A stretch of DNA of 64,000 nucleotides, taken from Alphaproteobacteria bacterium (GTDB taxonomy: Bacteria; Pseudomonadota; Alphaproteobacteria; MPNO01). A program made the position numbers and the translations under genes. Where the stretch lies: NCBI GenBank assembly GCA_965202835.1, contig CBDBCA010000006.1:1731828-1795827 (forward strand), written 5' to 3'. Below, one piece after another: positions 8,920 to 17,654 of this stretch. The notes under the pieces are model-generated. The model was given only the letters and a program-made list of their open reading frames with translations, had not been told where the DNA came from and did not search any database. Within the stretch, counting starts at the first letter, position 1, and every line of letters starts with the position of its first letter.

Positions 8920-10215
8920 ATGACCGAATCGCTCATTGGGTTCGCGATCCTCCTGCTCATGGTCTTCCTGGGCTTTCCGCTCGGCTTCGCCATGGTGGCG
9001 GTGGGGTTCGTGGGGTTCGGGCTGGTGCGGGGCTGGGAGCCGGCGCTGGAGACGGTGGGTCAACTCATTCTCGATTTCGCGATGAGCTACTCCTTCTCGG
9101 TGCTGCCGCTGTTCGTGCTGATGGGAGCGTTCGTCTACCGGGCGGCACTGTCAGAAGACCTCTACGACGCCTCCAACGCCTGGCTGGGGCACTACAAGGG
9201 CGGGCTCGCGATGGCGACCGTCGCCGCCTGCGGCGGTTTCAGCGCGGTCTCGGGAAGCTCGGTGGCGACGGCCGCGACCATGGCCAAGGTCGCGATGCCG
9301 TCCATGCGGCGCTACCGCTACAACGAGAACCTCGCGGCCGGGACCATCGCCGCGGGCGGCACCATGGGCATCCTCATCCCGCCCAGCATCGCGCTCGTGA
9401 TCTACGGCATCATCGTCGAGGAGGATGTCGGCAAGCTTTTCATCGCCGGGATCGTTCCGGGGATCATCACCATCGCCCTCTACATATTCGTCATCAAGGT
9501 CCTGATCACCTTCCGCCCCTCGCTCGGCCCGCGCGGTCCTTGGACGCCGTGGAAGGAAAGGTTTTTCGCGCTGAAGGGCGTCTGGGGCATGATCGTCCTG
9601 TTCCTGCTGGTCCTGGGCGGCATCTATCTCGGCGTGTTCACGCCGACCGAGGCGGGAGGGATCGGCGCCGTCGGGGCCGTCGCCTTCGCCGTCTCGCGCA
9701 GGAAGATGGGCTGGCGGGGTTTCTGCGGCGCCTTGATCGAAGCCGGCCAGACCACTGCCATGGTGTTCAGCGTCGCTTTTGGCGCGATCATCCTGTCGAA
9801 CTTCATGAACATCTCGGGCATGCCCAACCAGATCGTCGATTGGGTCAATTCGCTCGAGATCGCGCCGATCACCGTGGTTCTGGTGATCTGCCTGATCTAC
9901 ATCGCGCTGGGCTGCGTCTTCGAAGGGATCGGGATGATCCTGCTGACGGTGCCGATCTTCTTCCCGGTGGTGCAGAGCCTGGGCTTCGACCTGATCTGGT
10001 TCGGCATCGTGGTCATCATGGTGACCGAGATCAGCCTGATCACGCCGCCCATCGGCATGAACGTGTTCGTGCTGAAGACGATCATGCCGGAAATGTCGCT
10101 ATGGGGCATTTTCGCCGGCATCAGCCCGTTTTTCGTGGCCGATATCGTCCGGCTGCTCCTGATCGTGTTCATCCCGGGGCTGACGCTCTATTTGCCCAGC
10201 CTGATGGGCGGGTAG
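8920..10215 (+). CDS. dctM: TRAP transporter large permease (DctM family)
   Basis: 431 aa, highly hydrophobic, DctM-like sequence throughout. Confidence 0.9.
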   Translation: MTESLIGFAILLLMVFLGFPLGFAMVAVGFVGFGLVRGWEPALETVGQLILDFAMSYSFSVLPLFVLMGAFVYRAALSEDLYDASNAWLGHYKGGLAMATVAACGGFSAVSGSSVATAATMAKVAMPSMRRYRYNENLAAGTIAAGGTMGILIPPSIALVIYGIIVEEDVGKLFIAGIVPGIITIALYIFVIKVLITFRPSLGPRGPWTPWKERFFALKGVWGMIVLFLLVLGGIYLGVFTPTEAGGIGAVGAVAFAVSRRKMGWRGFCGALIEAGQTTAMVFSVAFGAIILSNFMNISGMPNQIVDWVNSLEIAPITVVLVICLIYIALGCVFEGIGMILLTVPIFFPVVQSLGFDLIWFGIVVIMVTEISLITPPIGMNVFVLKTIMPEMSLWGIFAGISPFFVADIVRLLLIVFIPGLTLYLPSLMGG

Positions 10216-10224
10216 GCAGCCGGA

Positions 10225-11814
10225 TCACCGGCCGGAAGCGCCGGTGACCTTCGCCATGATGGGGCCGGCATCCGCCGGGGCGGCCTCGCCGATCCAAGCG
10301 ACGTAGGCATCGGGCCGCACCAGGACGAGGCGCGCGCCGTAGCGGCCCGGTCCGTCCGGCGACGGATCTCGGACGGCCGTGAACGGGATGAACCGCCGCG
10401 CGGCGGCCCGCTCGAACCGCGCGACGGCATCGTCTCCGGCGTTCAGCGCGACCAGCGTAAATCCCCGCCCCAGCTCTTCGAAAACGTTGCGCTCCGAGGT
10501 CAGCCGCCACGGCGGCAGGTAGTGTCCCGGCCGGACTTTCTCGGTCAGCGAGCCGCTGGCCCCGGTCTTGCCGCCGGGCGGCCCTTCGATCACGGTCGAT
10601 CCCTCGTAGTGGGGCGCATAGCTGTTCAGGTGCCTATTCCCCGTCTGCGCATAGGCCTCCCAGCCTTGCGCGAATTCCGTCGCGTCGCGTTCGGGGTCAA
10701 TCCGGTCGAACAGGTCCCGGTCCTTGGCAATGCGGCTGTCGATGAATTCCCGCGCCGTGTCCCCGGCCACCGCCTGGCGTTCCTCGCTGTACGAATCGAG
10801 CAGCGCTTCGCCACCCCAGCCCCGCAACGCGGCGGCCAGCTTCCAGCCCAGATTGGCCGCGTCCTCGAACCCGGTGTTGAGACCGTACCCGCCATAGGGC
10901 GGATGGCTGTGCGCGGCGTCTCCGGCGATGAAGACGCGCCCCGCGCGGAACCGGTCGGCGATGGAGACGCGAAGGTCCCAGTAGCCGATATGATCGAAGC
11001 TGCAGTCGAATTCGAAGCCCGCGGATTCATGGAGCAGCGCGCGGACCCCCTCCTCGCTCCGTTCCATATCGCCGACGGGCGCGTGAAAAAACCAGCTCTC
11101 ATGCTCGTCGACACGGCCGAAGAACCGCCAGTACCCCTTCAGGTCCCGGTGCACGACCCGATAGATGTAAGCCGGAGGAAACCGCTTCAGCCTCTCGTTC
11201 AGCGCGGGCGAGCGAAACACGGTGAGCACCATCGTCTGCTCGTAATCGGTTCCGCTTGAGGTCAGGCCCGCGCTCTCGCGGACCACGGACCGGGTCCCGT
11301 CGCAGCCGACCACGAATGCCGCGTCGATCGTTTCGCGGCGCGCGCCCTCGCGGTCTGCGATTTCGACTTCGACGCCGTGCTCTGATTGCCGGATCGCCGC
11401 GGCGGACCGACCCGTCTTCACGCTCACGCAGGGAATCCCGCCCAGCCGGTCGCGCAGCACCTGTTCGGTAAGATATTGGGGCAGCCTCTCGCTGCGCTGG
11501 AAGTAATGCCGGTCGACCGCCGTCCTGTAGACGCCGCTGAACCAGTGCTCGCCCATCAGATCGCCGTAGGCGACGATGGAGTTGCCGGGATATCCGGGCC
11601 GGATCATCCGGCGCGACCGCAATTCGTCGGCGATACCCCAGGAATAGAAGATATCGAGGGTGCGCTGGGTGAGGTTCTGACCCTTGGGAATGCGGTGCGG
11701 CTCGGTCCGCCGCTCGATCACCGTACTGGGGATACCCCGCAGTCCGAGCTCGACGGCGAGTGCGAGCCCGACGGGCCCCCCACCGACGACGACGACGCCC
11801 CGATTTCCGGTCAT
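10225..11814 (-). CDS. FAD-dependent aromatic monooxygenase (PheA/TfdB/MhpA-type hydroxylase)
   Basis: N-terminal VVVVGGGPVGLALAVELGLRGIPSTVIER dinucleotide-binding fold. 529 aa. Sits 20 nt downstream of the ligB-like gene on the same strand. Confidence 0.85.
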   Translation of the reverse strand: MTGNRGVVVVGGGPVGLALAVELGLRGIPSTVIERRTEPHRIPKGQNLTQRTLDIFYSWGIADELRSRRMIRPGYPGNSIVAYGDLMGEHWFSGVYRTAVDRHYFQRSERLPQYLTEQVLRDRLGGIPCVSVKTGRSAAAIRQSEHGVEVEIADREGARRETIDAAFVVGCDGTRSVVRESAGLTSSGTDYEQTMVLTVFRSPALNERLKRFPPAYIYRVVHRDLKGYWRFFGRVDEHESWFFHAPVGDMERSEEGVRALLHESAGFEFDCSFDHIGYWDLRVSIADRFRAGRVFIAGDAAHSHPPYGGYGLNTGFEDAANLGWKLAAALRGWGGEALLDSYSEERQAVAGDTAREFIDSRIAKDRDLFDRIDPERDATEFAQGWEAYAQTGNRHLNSYAPHYEGSTVIEGPPGGKTGASGSLTEKVRPGHYLPPWRLTSERNVFEELGRGFTLVALNAGDDAVARFERAAARRFIPFTAVRDPSPDGPGRYGARLVLVRPDAYVAWIGEAAPADAGPIMAKVTGASGR

Positions 11815-11834
11815 CTATCGAATGCGGCGCGGTG

Positions 11835-12845
11835 TCAGGTCCAGCAGACGAAGGCGTTGGCGGTTCCGGTCCCCGCCAGCGACCGGTAGCAGGGCACGTA
11901 GTCGATCACGTCGCCGTCGAGACGGGTGCCGAACAGGACGCCGGCCGCGACGATCCAGTTGCGAAGCTCGGACGAACCGGACTGGAGCAGGTCCTGCTCG
12001 ATACCGCACAGCCCCTCTTCGTCCCGGTCGCAGAACGCTTCGAGGAACCGCCGGTCGAGATCCTCGTCGATGCAGAAATGCGACATTCCGCCGGACCCGA
12101 CGACGGCCACCCGGGCCGGCGAATCCCAGTCGCGGATCGCGCGCCCGATCATCGTGCCGAAGTCAAAGCAACGCCGCGCGGTCGGCTGGTTCGGCGGGTA
12201 GAAGGTGTTGGAGATCACCGGCAGGGTGGGAACCGCGCGGTCGCGCATGATCCGGCGAAGGACGAAGCTGAACGCATGCGGGGTGCCGACATGGCGGTGG
12301 TTCTCGTGGCGGAGCCATTCATTCGACGCGGCGAGGTCGAACCCCTCCTCCATGGCGCGGGCGAACACGATTTCCGCGAGACCTGGCAAGCCGGGATAGA
12401 CCGTGTGCCGCTCCGGCCGGTAGGCCCATTCTGCATCGGCGACGCCGGGCGGCAGCTTGGCCTTCTGCTCCGCGCTGGTGGGCTGGTTGTAGAAGGTCTC
12501 GCCGCGATAGACGGTGAAGGTCGGCTGGATGTTCTCGAGAAACAGCTCGCGCTGGTCGTTGCCGAGGATGACGCAGGCATCGGGCGCCTCCTCTTCCCAC
12601 CTGTCGGCGAGCGCCTTGATGCCGCTCTGGCAGGCGTCGTAGCGCCGCCGGCGCTGGTCATCGGTGATCCACGCGGCAATGTCCTCCCCCGACCGCCGCT
12701 CGACCAGCTCGTCGAAGGTGAAGCGCTCGCCCTTGAACCAGTGCTCGTTCACCAGGTCGGCCTTGACGCGCTCGCCCCATTGGTCTGGCGTCGTGTTCAG
12801 AGTCGGCCCGTGGGTCGTCCACATGCCGAGAACGATTTCCGCCAT
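11835..12845 (-). CDS. class III extradiol ring-cleavage dioxygenase (LigB family)
   Basis: Real start is Met 197 of ORF 11835..13433 (MAEIVLGMWTTHGPTL..., ATG at 12845). LigB-family pattern, including GGMSHFCIDEDLD. The upstream 196 residues of the ORF are Arg/Gly-rich junk in the RraA gene's alternate frame. Confidence 0.8.
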   Translation of the reverse strand: MAEIVLGMWTTHGPTLNTTPDQWGERVKADLVNEHWFKGERFTFDELVERRSGEDIAAWITDDQRRRRYDACQSGIKALADRWEEEAPDACVILGNDQRELFLENIQPTFTVYRGETFYNQPTSAEQKAKLPPGVADAEWAYRPERHTVYPGLPGLAEIVFARAMEEGFDLAASNEWLRHENHRHVGTPHAFSFVLRRIMRDRAVPTLPVISNTFYPPNQPTARRCFDFGTMIGRAIRDWDSPARVAVVGSGGMSHFCIDEDLDRRFLEAFCDRDEEGLCGIEQDLLQSGSSELRNWIVAAGVLFGTRLDGDVIDYVPCYRSLAGTGTANAFVCWT

Positions 12846-13522
12846 CAATCGCCTCCACCGCGTTGCAGCATCGTTTCGTAGGACGCCCCCATGACGCGGC
12901 TGACCGGCTCGCCGCGCCTCACCGCCTCCGTCATCGCCCGTTCCCTGGCGACGATCGATTCGGCCTTGTCCAGCACGTCCTCCGCCCGGTCCCGCGGAAC
13001 CGCCGCTACGCCGCTGCGGTCGGCGATGATCAGGTCTCCGGGACGCACGGTCAATTCTCCGACGGCAATGTCGATATTGAAACCCTCTTCGTGAATCCGC
13101 CCGCGCGCCGTGCGCGCGGTCGCGCTTCGGCAGTAGACGGGAAAGCCGAGCTCGGCCGCCTCGTCGATGTCCCGTGCCGGCCCATCCACGATCACGCCTT
13201 CGATCCCGGCCGCCTGCGCCGCATTGGACAGCACCCCGCCCCACCCGGCCGCGTCGATGCCGGTGCGCTGTTCGATGACCAGAACCCGGCCCGGACCGGC
13301 CGAGTCCACCGCGCCGCTGCAGAGATGCCTTGCGGGAGCGTTCTCCGGTTTCCGGTCGGTCAGCTTGACCGTGACGGCCAGGCCGGCGACTCGCTTCGCC
13401 GTCGTCCGCGCCGCGATCCCGGTCACCGCGCAAGGCAGCCCGAGCGCATCCAGAGCGTCGGAAACCGCACAGCTATCGAGCTTCCCAAGTCGCGCGATCA
13501 GACGGGCGTCGTCATCGGTCAT
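12845..13522 (-). CDS. RraA-like protein (4-hydroxy-4-methyl-2-oxoglutarate / 4-carboxy-4-hydroxy-2-oxoadipate aldolase family)
   Basis: RraA/MenG-fold sequence (DSCAVSDALD..., GGVLSNAAQAAGIEGVIVDG). Its stop overlaps the ligB start as TGATG, indicating translational coupling. Its 5' end overlaps the dppF 3' end. Confidence 0.8.
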   Translation of the reverse strand: MTDDDARLIARLGKLDSCAVSDALDALGLPCAVTGIAARTTAKRVAGLAVTVKLTDRKPENAPARHLCSGAVDSAGPGRVLVIEQRTGIDAAGWGGVLSNAAQAAGIEGVIVDGPARDIDEAAELGFPVYCRSATARTARGRIHEEGFNIDIAVGELTVRPGDLIIADRSGVAAVPRDRAEDVLDKAESIVARERAMTEAVRRGEPVSRVMGASYETMLQRGGGD

Positions 13523-14510
13523 GGCTTGTCCCATGGTACAGGTGGCATTCGACGAGGCCCGATGAATCCGTCACCGTCTCCGGCGCGGTCCCGCCGCAGA
13601 TGTCCCTGGCTTCGGGGCAGCGGGGATGGAAACGGCAACCGGATGGCGGATCGAGCGGGTCCGGGAATTCGCCGTCGAACGGTCCCGGCGGAAGGCCCAG
13701 CGATGGATCGGGCGTCAGGATCGAGCGAAGCAGGGTCTCGGTATAGGGATGCCGTGGATCCTCGAAGATCCTGCCGGTCTCTCCCAGCTCGACCAGTCGG
13801 CCGAGATACATCACCGCTACCCGGTCGGCGATGTGTTCCACGACGGCAAGGTCGTGGCTGACGAAAACGTAGGTCAGGTTGAGCGTGCGCCTCAGATCCA
13901 TCAGCAGGTTAAGGATCTGCGCCTGCACGGACACATCGAGGGCCGAGGTCGGTTCGTCGAAAATCACGATACCCGGCTCGATCGCGAGAGCGCGCGCGAT
14001 GGCGATCCGCTGGCGCTGGCCGCCGGAAAGCTGGTTCGGATAGGCGTGGAGAAGATGCGCGGGGAGCCCCACCAGCTCCATGATCTCGGCGATGCGGGAG
14101 CGGCGTTCCTCTTCCGAGCCGATACGGTGGACGGAGAGCGGCAGTCCGATGATCTGCCCCAGTGTCTTGCGCGGGTTCAGCGAGGAATAGGGATCCTGAA
14201 AGACCGGCTGGACACGCGCGGCGATCTCCGAACGGCCGACTTCCTCGATCGGCCGGCCGGCGAAGCGTATGGTCCCGGCGGAGGGCGGCAGAAGTCCGAG
14301 AAGCATGCGCGCGAGCGTCGTCTTGCCGCATCCCGATTCGCCGACGATCGCGAGCACTTCGCCCTCTCGCACCGCGAAAGACACATCGTCCACCGCGCGC
14401 AGCGTAGCGACGGCCTCGAACAAGCCCCGCCTGACCCTGAAGAGGCGAGTGACACGGTCGCATTCGAGGACCGGCGCCCAGTCCGCGGCGGCTCCGGGTA
14501 CGCTGCTCAT
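13512..14510 (-). CDS. ABC transporter ATP-binding protein (DppF/OppF-like)
   Basis: Walker A GESGCGKTT, signature LSGGQRQR, C-terminal oligopeptide-transporter-type extension. Start MSSVPG..., overlapping the dppD stop. Confidence 0.85.
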   Translation of the reverse strand: MSSVPGAAADWAPVLECDRVTRLFRVRRGLFEAVATLRAVDDVSFAVREGEVLAIVGESGCGKTTLARMLLGLLPPSAGTIRFAGRPIEEVGRSEIAARVQPVFQDPYSSLNPRKTLGQIIGLPLSVHRIGSEEERRSRIAEIMELVGLPAHLLHAYPNQLSGGQRQRIAIARALAIEPGIVIFDEPTSALDVSVQAQILNLLMDLRRTLNLTYVFVSHDLAVVEHIADRVAVMYLGRLVELGETGRIFEDPRHPYTETLLRSILTPDPSLGLPPGPFDGEFPDPLDPPSGCRFHPRCPEARDICGGTAPETVTDSSGLVECHLYHGTSHDR

Positions 14511-15517
14511 GGCGGAACCGCCGCTCCCCGCAGTCGCTGGGCGGAATGGATGCATCGGTAAACGTGACCGCCCTCGATGATGCGTTCGTCATTGCCGCCG
14601 TCGCGGCATCTCTCGTCCGCCAGGGCGCACCTTGTGCGGAACATGCATCCCCGCATGTCTCCGATGAGGGAAGGAACGATACCCGGTATGGACCCGAGCG
14701 CGGTCCTGCGTTCCGTCTTGCCCGGATACGGAATGCAGTCGATCAGTCCCTGGGTGTAGGGGTGGGTGGGCGCTGCGAAGATCTGTCGGCTGGAGCCCGT
14801 CTCGACGATGCGCCCCGCGTACATCACGGCGATCCTGTCGGCGATCCGCGCGACGATCCCGAGATCGTGGGAGATCAGGATCAGCGCCATGTTGAATTCC
14901 GCCTGCAAATCCTTGAGCAGATGCAGGACCTGCGCCTGCACGGTGACGTCGAGCGCGGTGGTGGGTTCGTCCGCGACGATGAGGGCCGGATCGCACATCA
15001 GCGCCATCGCGATCATGATCCTCTGGCGCAGCCCGCCGGAAAGCTGGTGCGGGAACTGCCCGAGCCGCGTACTCGGATTGACGATTCCGACGCGGGCCAA
15101 CAGGTATTCGGCGCGCTCGCGCGCTTCGGCCCGGCCGCTTTGCCGGTGGCGGATGTAGATTTCCCCGAGCTGGTCTCCGATCGTGTAGACCGGGTTCAGC
15201 GACGTCATCGGGTCCTGAAATATCATCGCCATGCGGTTGCCGCGTATGGCGGAAAACGCCCTGTCGGAAAGCGACCGCAGATCGGTCTCCTCGAGGCTGA
15301 TTTCCTCCGCATGCAGCCTCGCGCGGCGGGGAAGCAGCCGCATGACCGCGAGCGCCGTCATCGTCTTGCCGCAGCCGGACTCGCCCACGATAGCCAGGGT
15401 TCGCCCGCGAATTGCCGACAGGTCGACATTTCTTACCGCGTGCAGCGTTCCGGACGGCACCGGAATGTCGACTCTGAGGTCGCGCACGCTCAGGATCGTG
15501 TCGCCCTCGCCGGTCAC
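14507..15517 (-). CDS. ABC transporter ATP-binding protein (DppD/OppD-like)
   Basis: C-terminal 336 aa of ORF 14507..16270 (ILSVRDLRV..., GESGCGKT, LSGGLRQR). Probable GTG start at 15517, overlapping the dppC stop as GTGA. The rest of the long ORF is out of frame over the permease gene. Confidence 0.85.
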   Translation of the reverse strand: MTGEGDTILSVRDLRVDIPVPSGTLHAVRNVDLSAIRGRTLAIVGESGCGKTMTALAVMRLLPRRARLHAEEISLEETDLRSLSDRAFSAIRGNRMAMIFQDPMTSLNPVYTIGDQLGEIYIRHRQSGRAEARERAEYLLARVGIVNPSTRLGQFPHQLSGGLRQRIMIAMALMCDPALIVADEPTTALDVTVQAQVLHLLKDLQAEFNMALILISHDLGIVARIADRIAVMYAGRIVETGSSRQIFAAPTHPYTQGLIDCIPYPGKTERRTALGSIPGIVPSLIGDMRGCMFRTRCALADERCRDGGNDERIIEGGHVYRCIHSAQRLRGAAVPP

Positions 15518-16416
15518 CGGCCGCGTCCCTCGGGCACGGTGATGTCTCGGATGCCGTCGCCCATCAGGTTGATCGCGATCACGAGGAAGAACAGGGCGAG
15601 CCCCGGCAGCGCGATCAGGTAGGGCTTGAAGAACATGAAGTTCCGCCCCTCGGAAATCAGCAGACCCCAGGACGGCGTCGGAGGCTGGATCCCGAGGCCG
15701 AGGAACGACAACACCGCTTCCACCAGAATGGCGATCGCCATTTCGAGGCTGGCGATGACGATGATGTGACTCATGACGTTGGGCAGGATCTCGCGGAACA
15801 CGATGCGCGCGTGCGACGCGCCGACCGCCTCGGCCGCGGTGACGAATTCCTGTCCCCTGATCTGCTGGGTAACGCTGCGGGAAACCACCGCGAAGCGGTC
15901 CCAGAACAGGAACCCGAGAATGGCGATCAGCGCGATCAGGGAGCCGCCGAACACCGAGACCAGGGAAAGCGCGATCAGGATGCCCGGAAGCGCAAGCTTG
16001 ACATTGATCAGGTACATCACGAAGGCATCGACGCGGCCTCCGAAATAGCCGCCGATTATTCCTATCGTCGATCCCACCACGCCGGAAATGATGGCGGCGC
16101 CGAACCCGATCATGAGGGAAATCCGCGCGCCGAACAAAATGCGCGTCAGGTAGTCCCGGCCGAGCGAGTCGGTGCCGAGCGGATGCGCCCAGCTTCCGCC
16201 CTTTCCCCAGATGGGGTTGAGCAGCCGGGCGTCCAGGTTCTGCGTAAAGGGATCGGACGGCGCGACCCAAGGCGCGAAAACCGCCAGCAAGACGACGGCA
16301 AGCACGAACCCGGCCCCGGACAGGAACCCGACATGGCTCCGCGCGCGGCGCCGCATGATTTCCGCCGGCGCCGGGGCGTCGACCTGGAATTCGTCCGCGA
16401 ACAATCCGCCTGCCAT
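15514..16416 (-). CDS. ABC transporter permease (DppC/OppC-like)
   Basis: 300 aa with the BPD_transp_1 permease pattern. Confidence 0.85.
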   Translation of the reverse strand: MAGGLFADEFQVDAPAPAEIMRRRARSHVGFLSGAGFVLAVVLLAVFAPWVAPSDPFTQNLDARLLNPIWGKGGSWAHPLGTDSLGRDYLTRILFGARISLMIGFGAAIISGVVGSTIGIIGGYFGGRVDAFVMYLINVKLALPGILIALSLVSVFGGSLIALIAILGFLFWDRFAVVSRSVTQQIRGQEFVTAAEAVGASHARIVFREILPNVMSHIIVIASLEMAIAILVEAVLSFLGLGIQPPTPSWGLLISEGRNFMFFKPYLIALPGLALFFLVIAINLMGDGIRDITVPEGRGR

Positions 16417-16499
16417 CGCCCGCCTAGCTCATCGTTTCGTGCTGCGGTGTGGGGTGGAATCCGGCGCCGCCGGTCCCGTGCCGTCGACCAACCCAACGC

Positions 16500-16587
16500 T
16501 GTCACCCCGGACTTCTTCCGGGGTCCAGCTAAACCGGGCGAAGGCGGTGCGGGCGGCCCTGGACTTCGGAACAAGTCCGGGGTGACA
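16500..16587. repeat. REP-like double-palindrome element, copy 2 (intra-operonic, between dppB and dppC)
   Basis: Left arm tgtcaccccggacttcttccggggtccag, spacer, then ctggacttcggaacaagtccggggtgaca. Same architecture as the copy at 4846..4933. Confidence 0.8.
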
Positions 16588-16709
16588 ATCGGAGGGAAAG
16601 ACACGGCGCAGGCTGCACCGAACCGCTCCGCGATGGGAGAAACGTCTGTGGCCCTGCCACTGTCGTGTGTTCGTCATCTACCGCCGCGACTCCTTGCGAG
16701 AGATCCTGC

Positions 16710-17627
16710 CTATCCGAGCCTTATTCGAGGATCGAGGCGGGCGTTGATCAGGTCCGATGCCAAGGTGAGCACGATATAGGCGAGGGACACGAAGACGAGG
16801 ATCGACTGCACGACCGGGAAGTCGCTGCGCAGGATCGATTCATAGGCCAGCAGGCCGATACCGTTGAGCGCGAAGACGGTCTCGACGATCACCGACCCGC
16901 CAAGCAGGAAGCCCAGCGAAACGGCGGAAAGGGAGACCACCGGAAGGATCGCGTTCCGGAGTGCGTGCTTGAAGAAGATCGCCCCCGGGCCGAGCCCCTT
17001 GGCGCGCGCGGTGCGGATGAAGTCGGCTTCCAGCACCTCCAGCATTCCGGTCCGGGTGAGCCGCATCAGCGCCGGCATCACCGCCGTGCCAAGCGCGACG
17101 GTCGGCAGGATGAAATGGGCGAAGCTGGACGAGCCCGAAATCGGCAGCCACCGCAACACCACGCCGAACAGGTAGATCAGAATCAGCCCGAACCAGAAAT
17201 TCGGGATCGCCTGCCCGAACACCGCGACGCCGAGCGCTGCCCGGTCGATCGACGTGTTGGCCCTGATCGCCGCCAGCACCCCGAGCGGAATGGCGATCGC
17301 CAGCGCCAGTACGAGGGAATAGAGCGCGAGCAGGATCGTCACCTCGACCCGTTCGAGGATCAGGTCCATCACCGGCTCGTTGGTGAACAGCGACTGCCCC
17401 AGATCGCCGCCGAGCGCGTTCCCGGCCCAGGTCAGGTACTGTTCGTGCAGCGGCCTGTCGAGGCCGTAAAGCGCCGCGATCTCGGCGACCTCGGCGGGCG
17501 TCGCGTCCTCGCCGGCGAGGTCCGCCGCCAGGTCGCCGGACACGCGCAGAAGCGCGAACCCGATGATCGACACGGTGATCGCCACCAGCACCGCCACGCC
17601 CAGCCTCTGTACGAAGAAACGTCCCAC
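16710..17627 (-). CDS. ABC transporter permease (DppB/OppB-like)
   Basis: 305 aa. Typical DppB N-terminus MGRFFVQRLGVAVLV and a conserved permease core. Confidence 0.85.
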   Translation of the reverse strand: MGRFFVQRLGVAVLVAITVSIIGFALLRVSGDLAADLAGEDATPAEVAEIAALYGLDRPLHEQYLTWAGNALGGDLGQSLFTNEPVMDLILERVEVTILLALYSLVLALAIAIPLGVLAAIRANTSIDRAALGVAVFGQAIPNFWFGLILIYLFGVVLRWLPISGSSSFAHFILPTVALGTAVMPALMRLTRTGMLEVLEADFIRTARAKGLGPGAIFFKHALRNAILPVVSLSAVSLGFLLGGSVIVETVFALNGIGLLAYESILRSDFPVVQSILVFVSLAYIVLTLASDLINARLDPRIRLG

Positions 17628-17654
17628 CTTCGGCTCTCCGCCTAGCAGTGGCCC

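Noticed and set aside
11835-13433. 532-aa ORF as a single protein
   Set aside because: The first 196 residues are Arg/Gly-rich nonsense overlapping the RraA-like gene in another frame. The real LigB-family protein starts at the Met at 12845.
14546-15622. 358-aa plus-strand ORF antisense to dppD
   Set aside because: Antisense GC artefact; no domain signatures.
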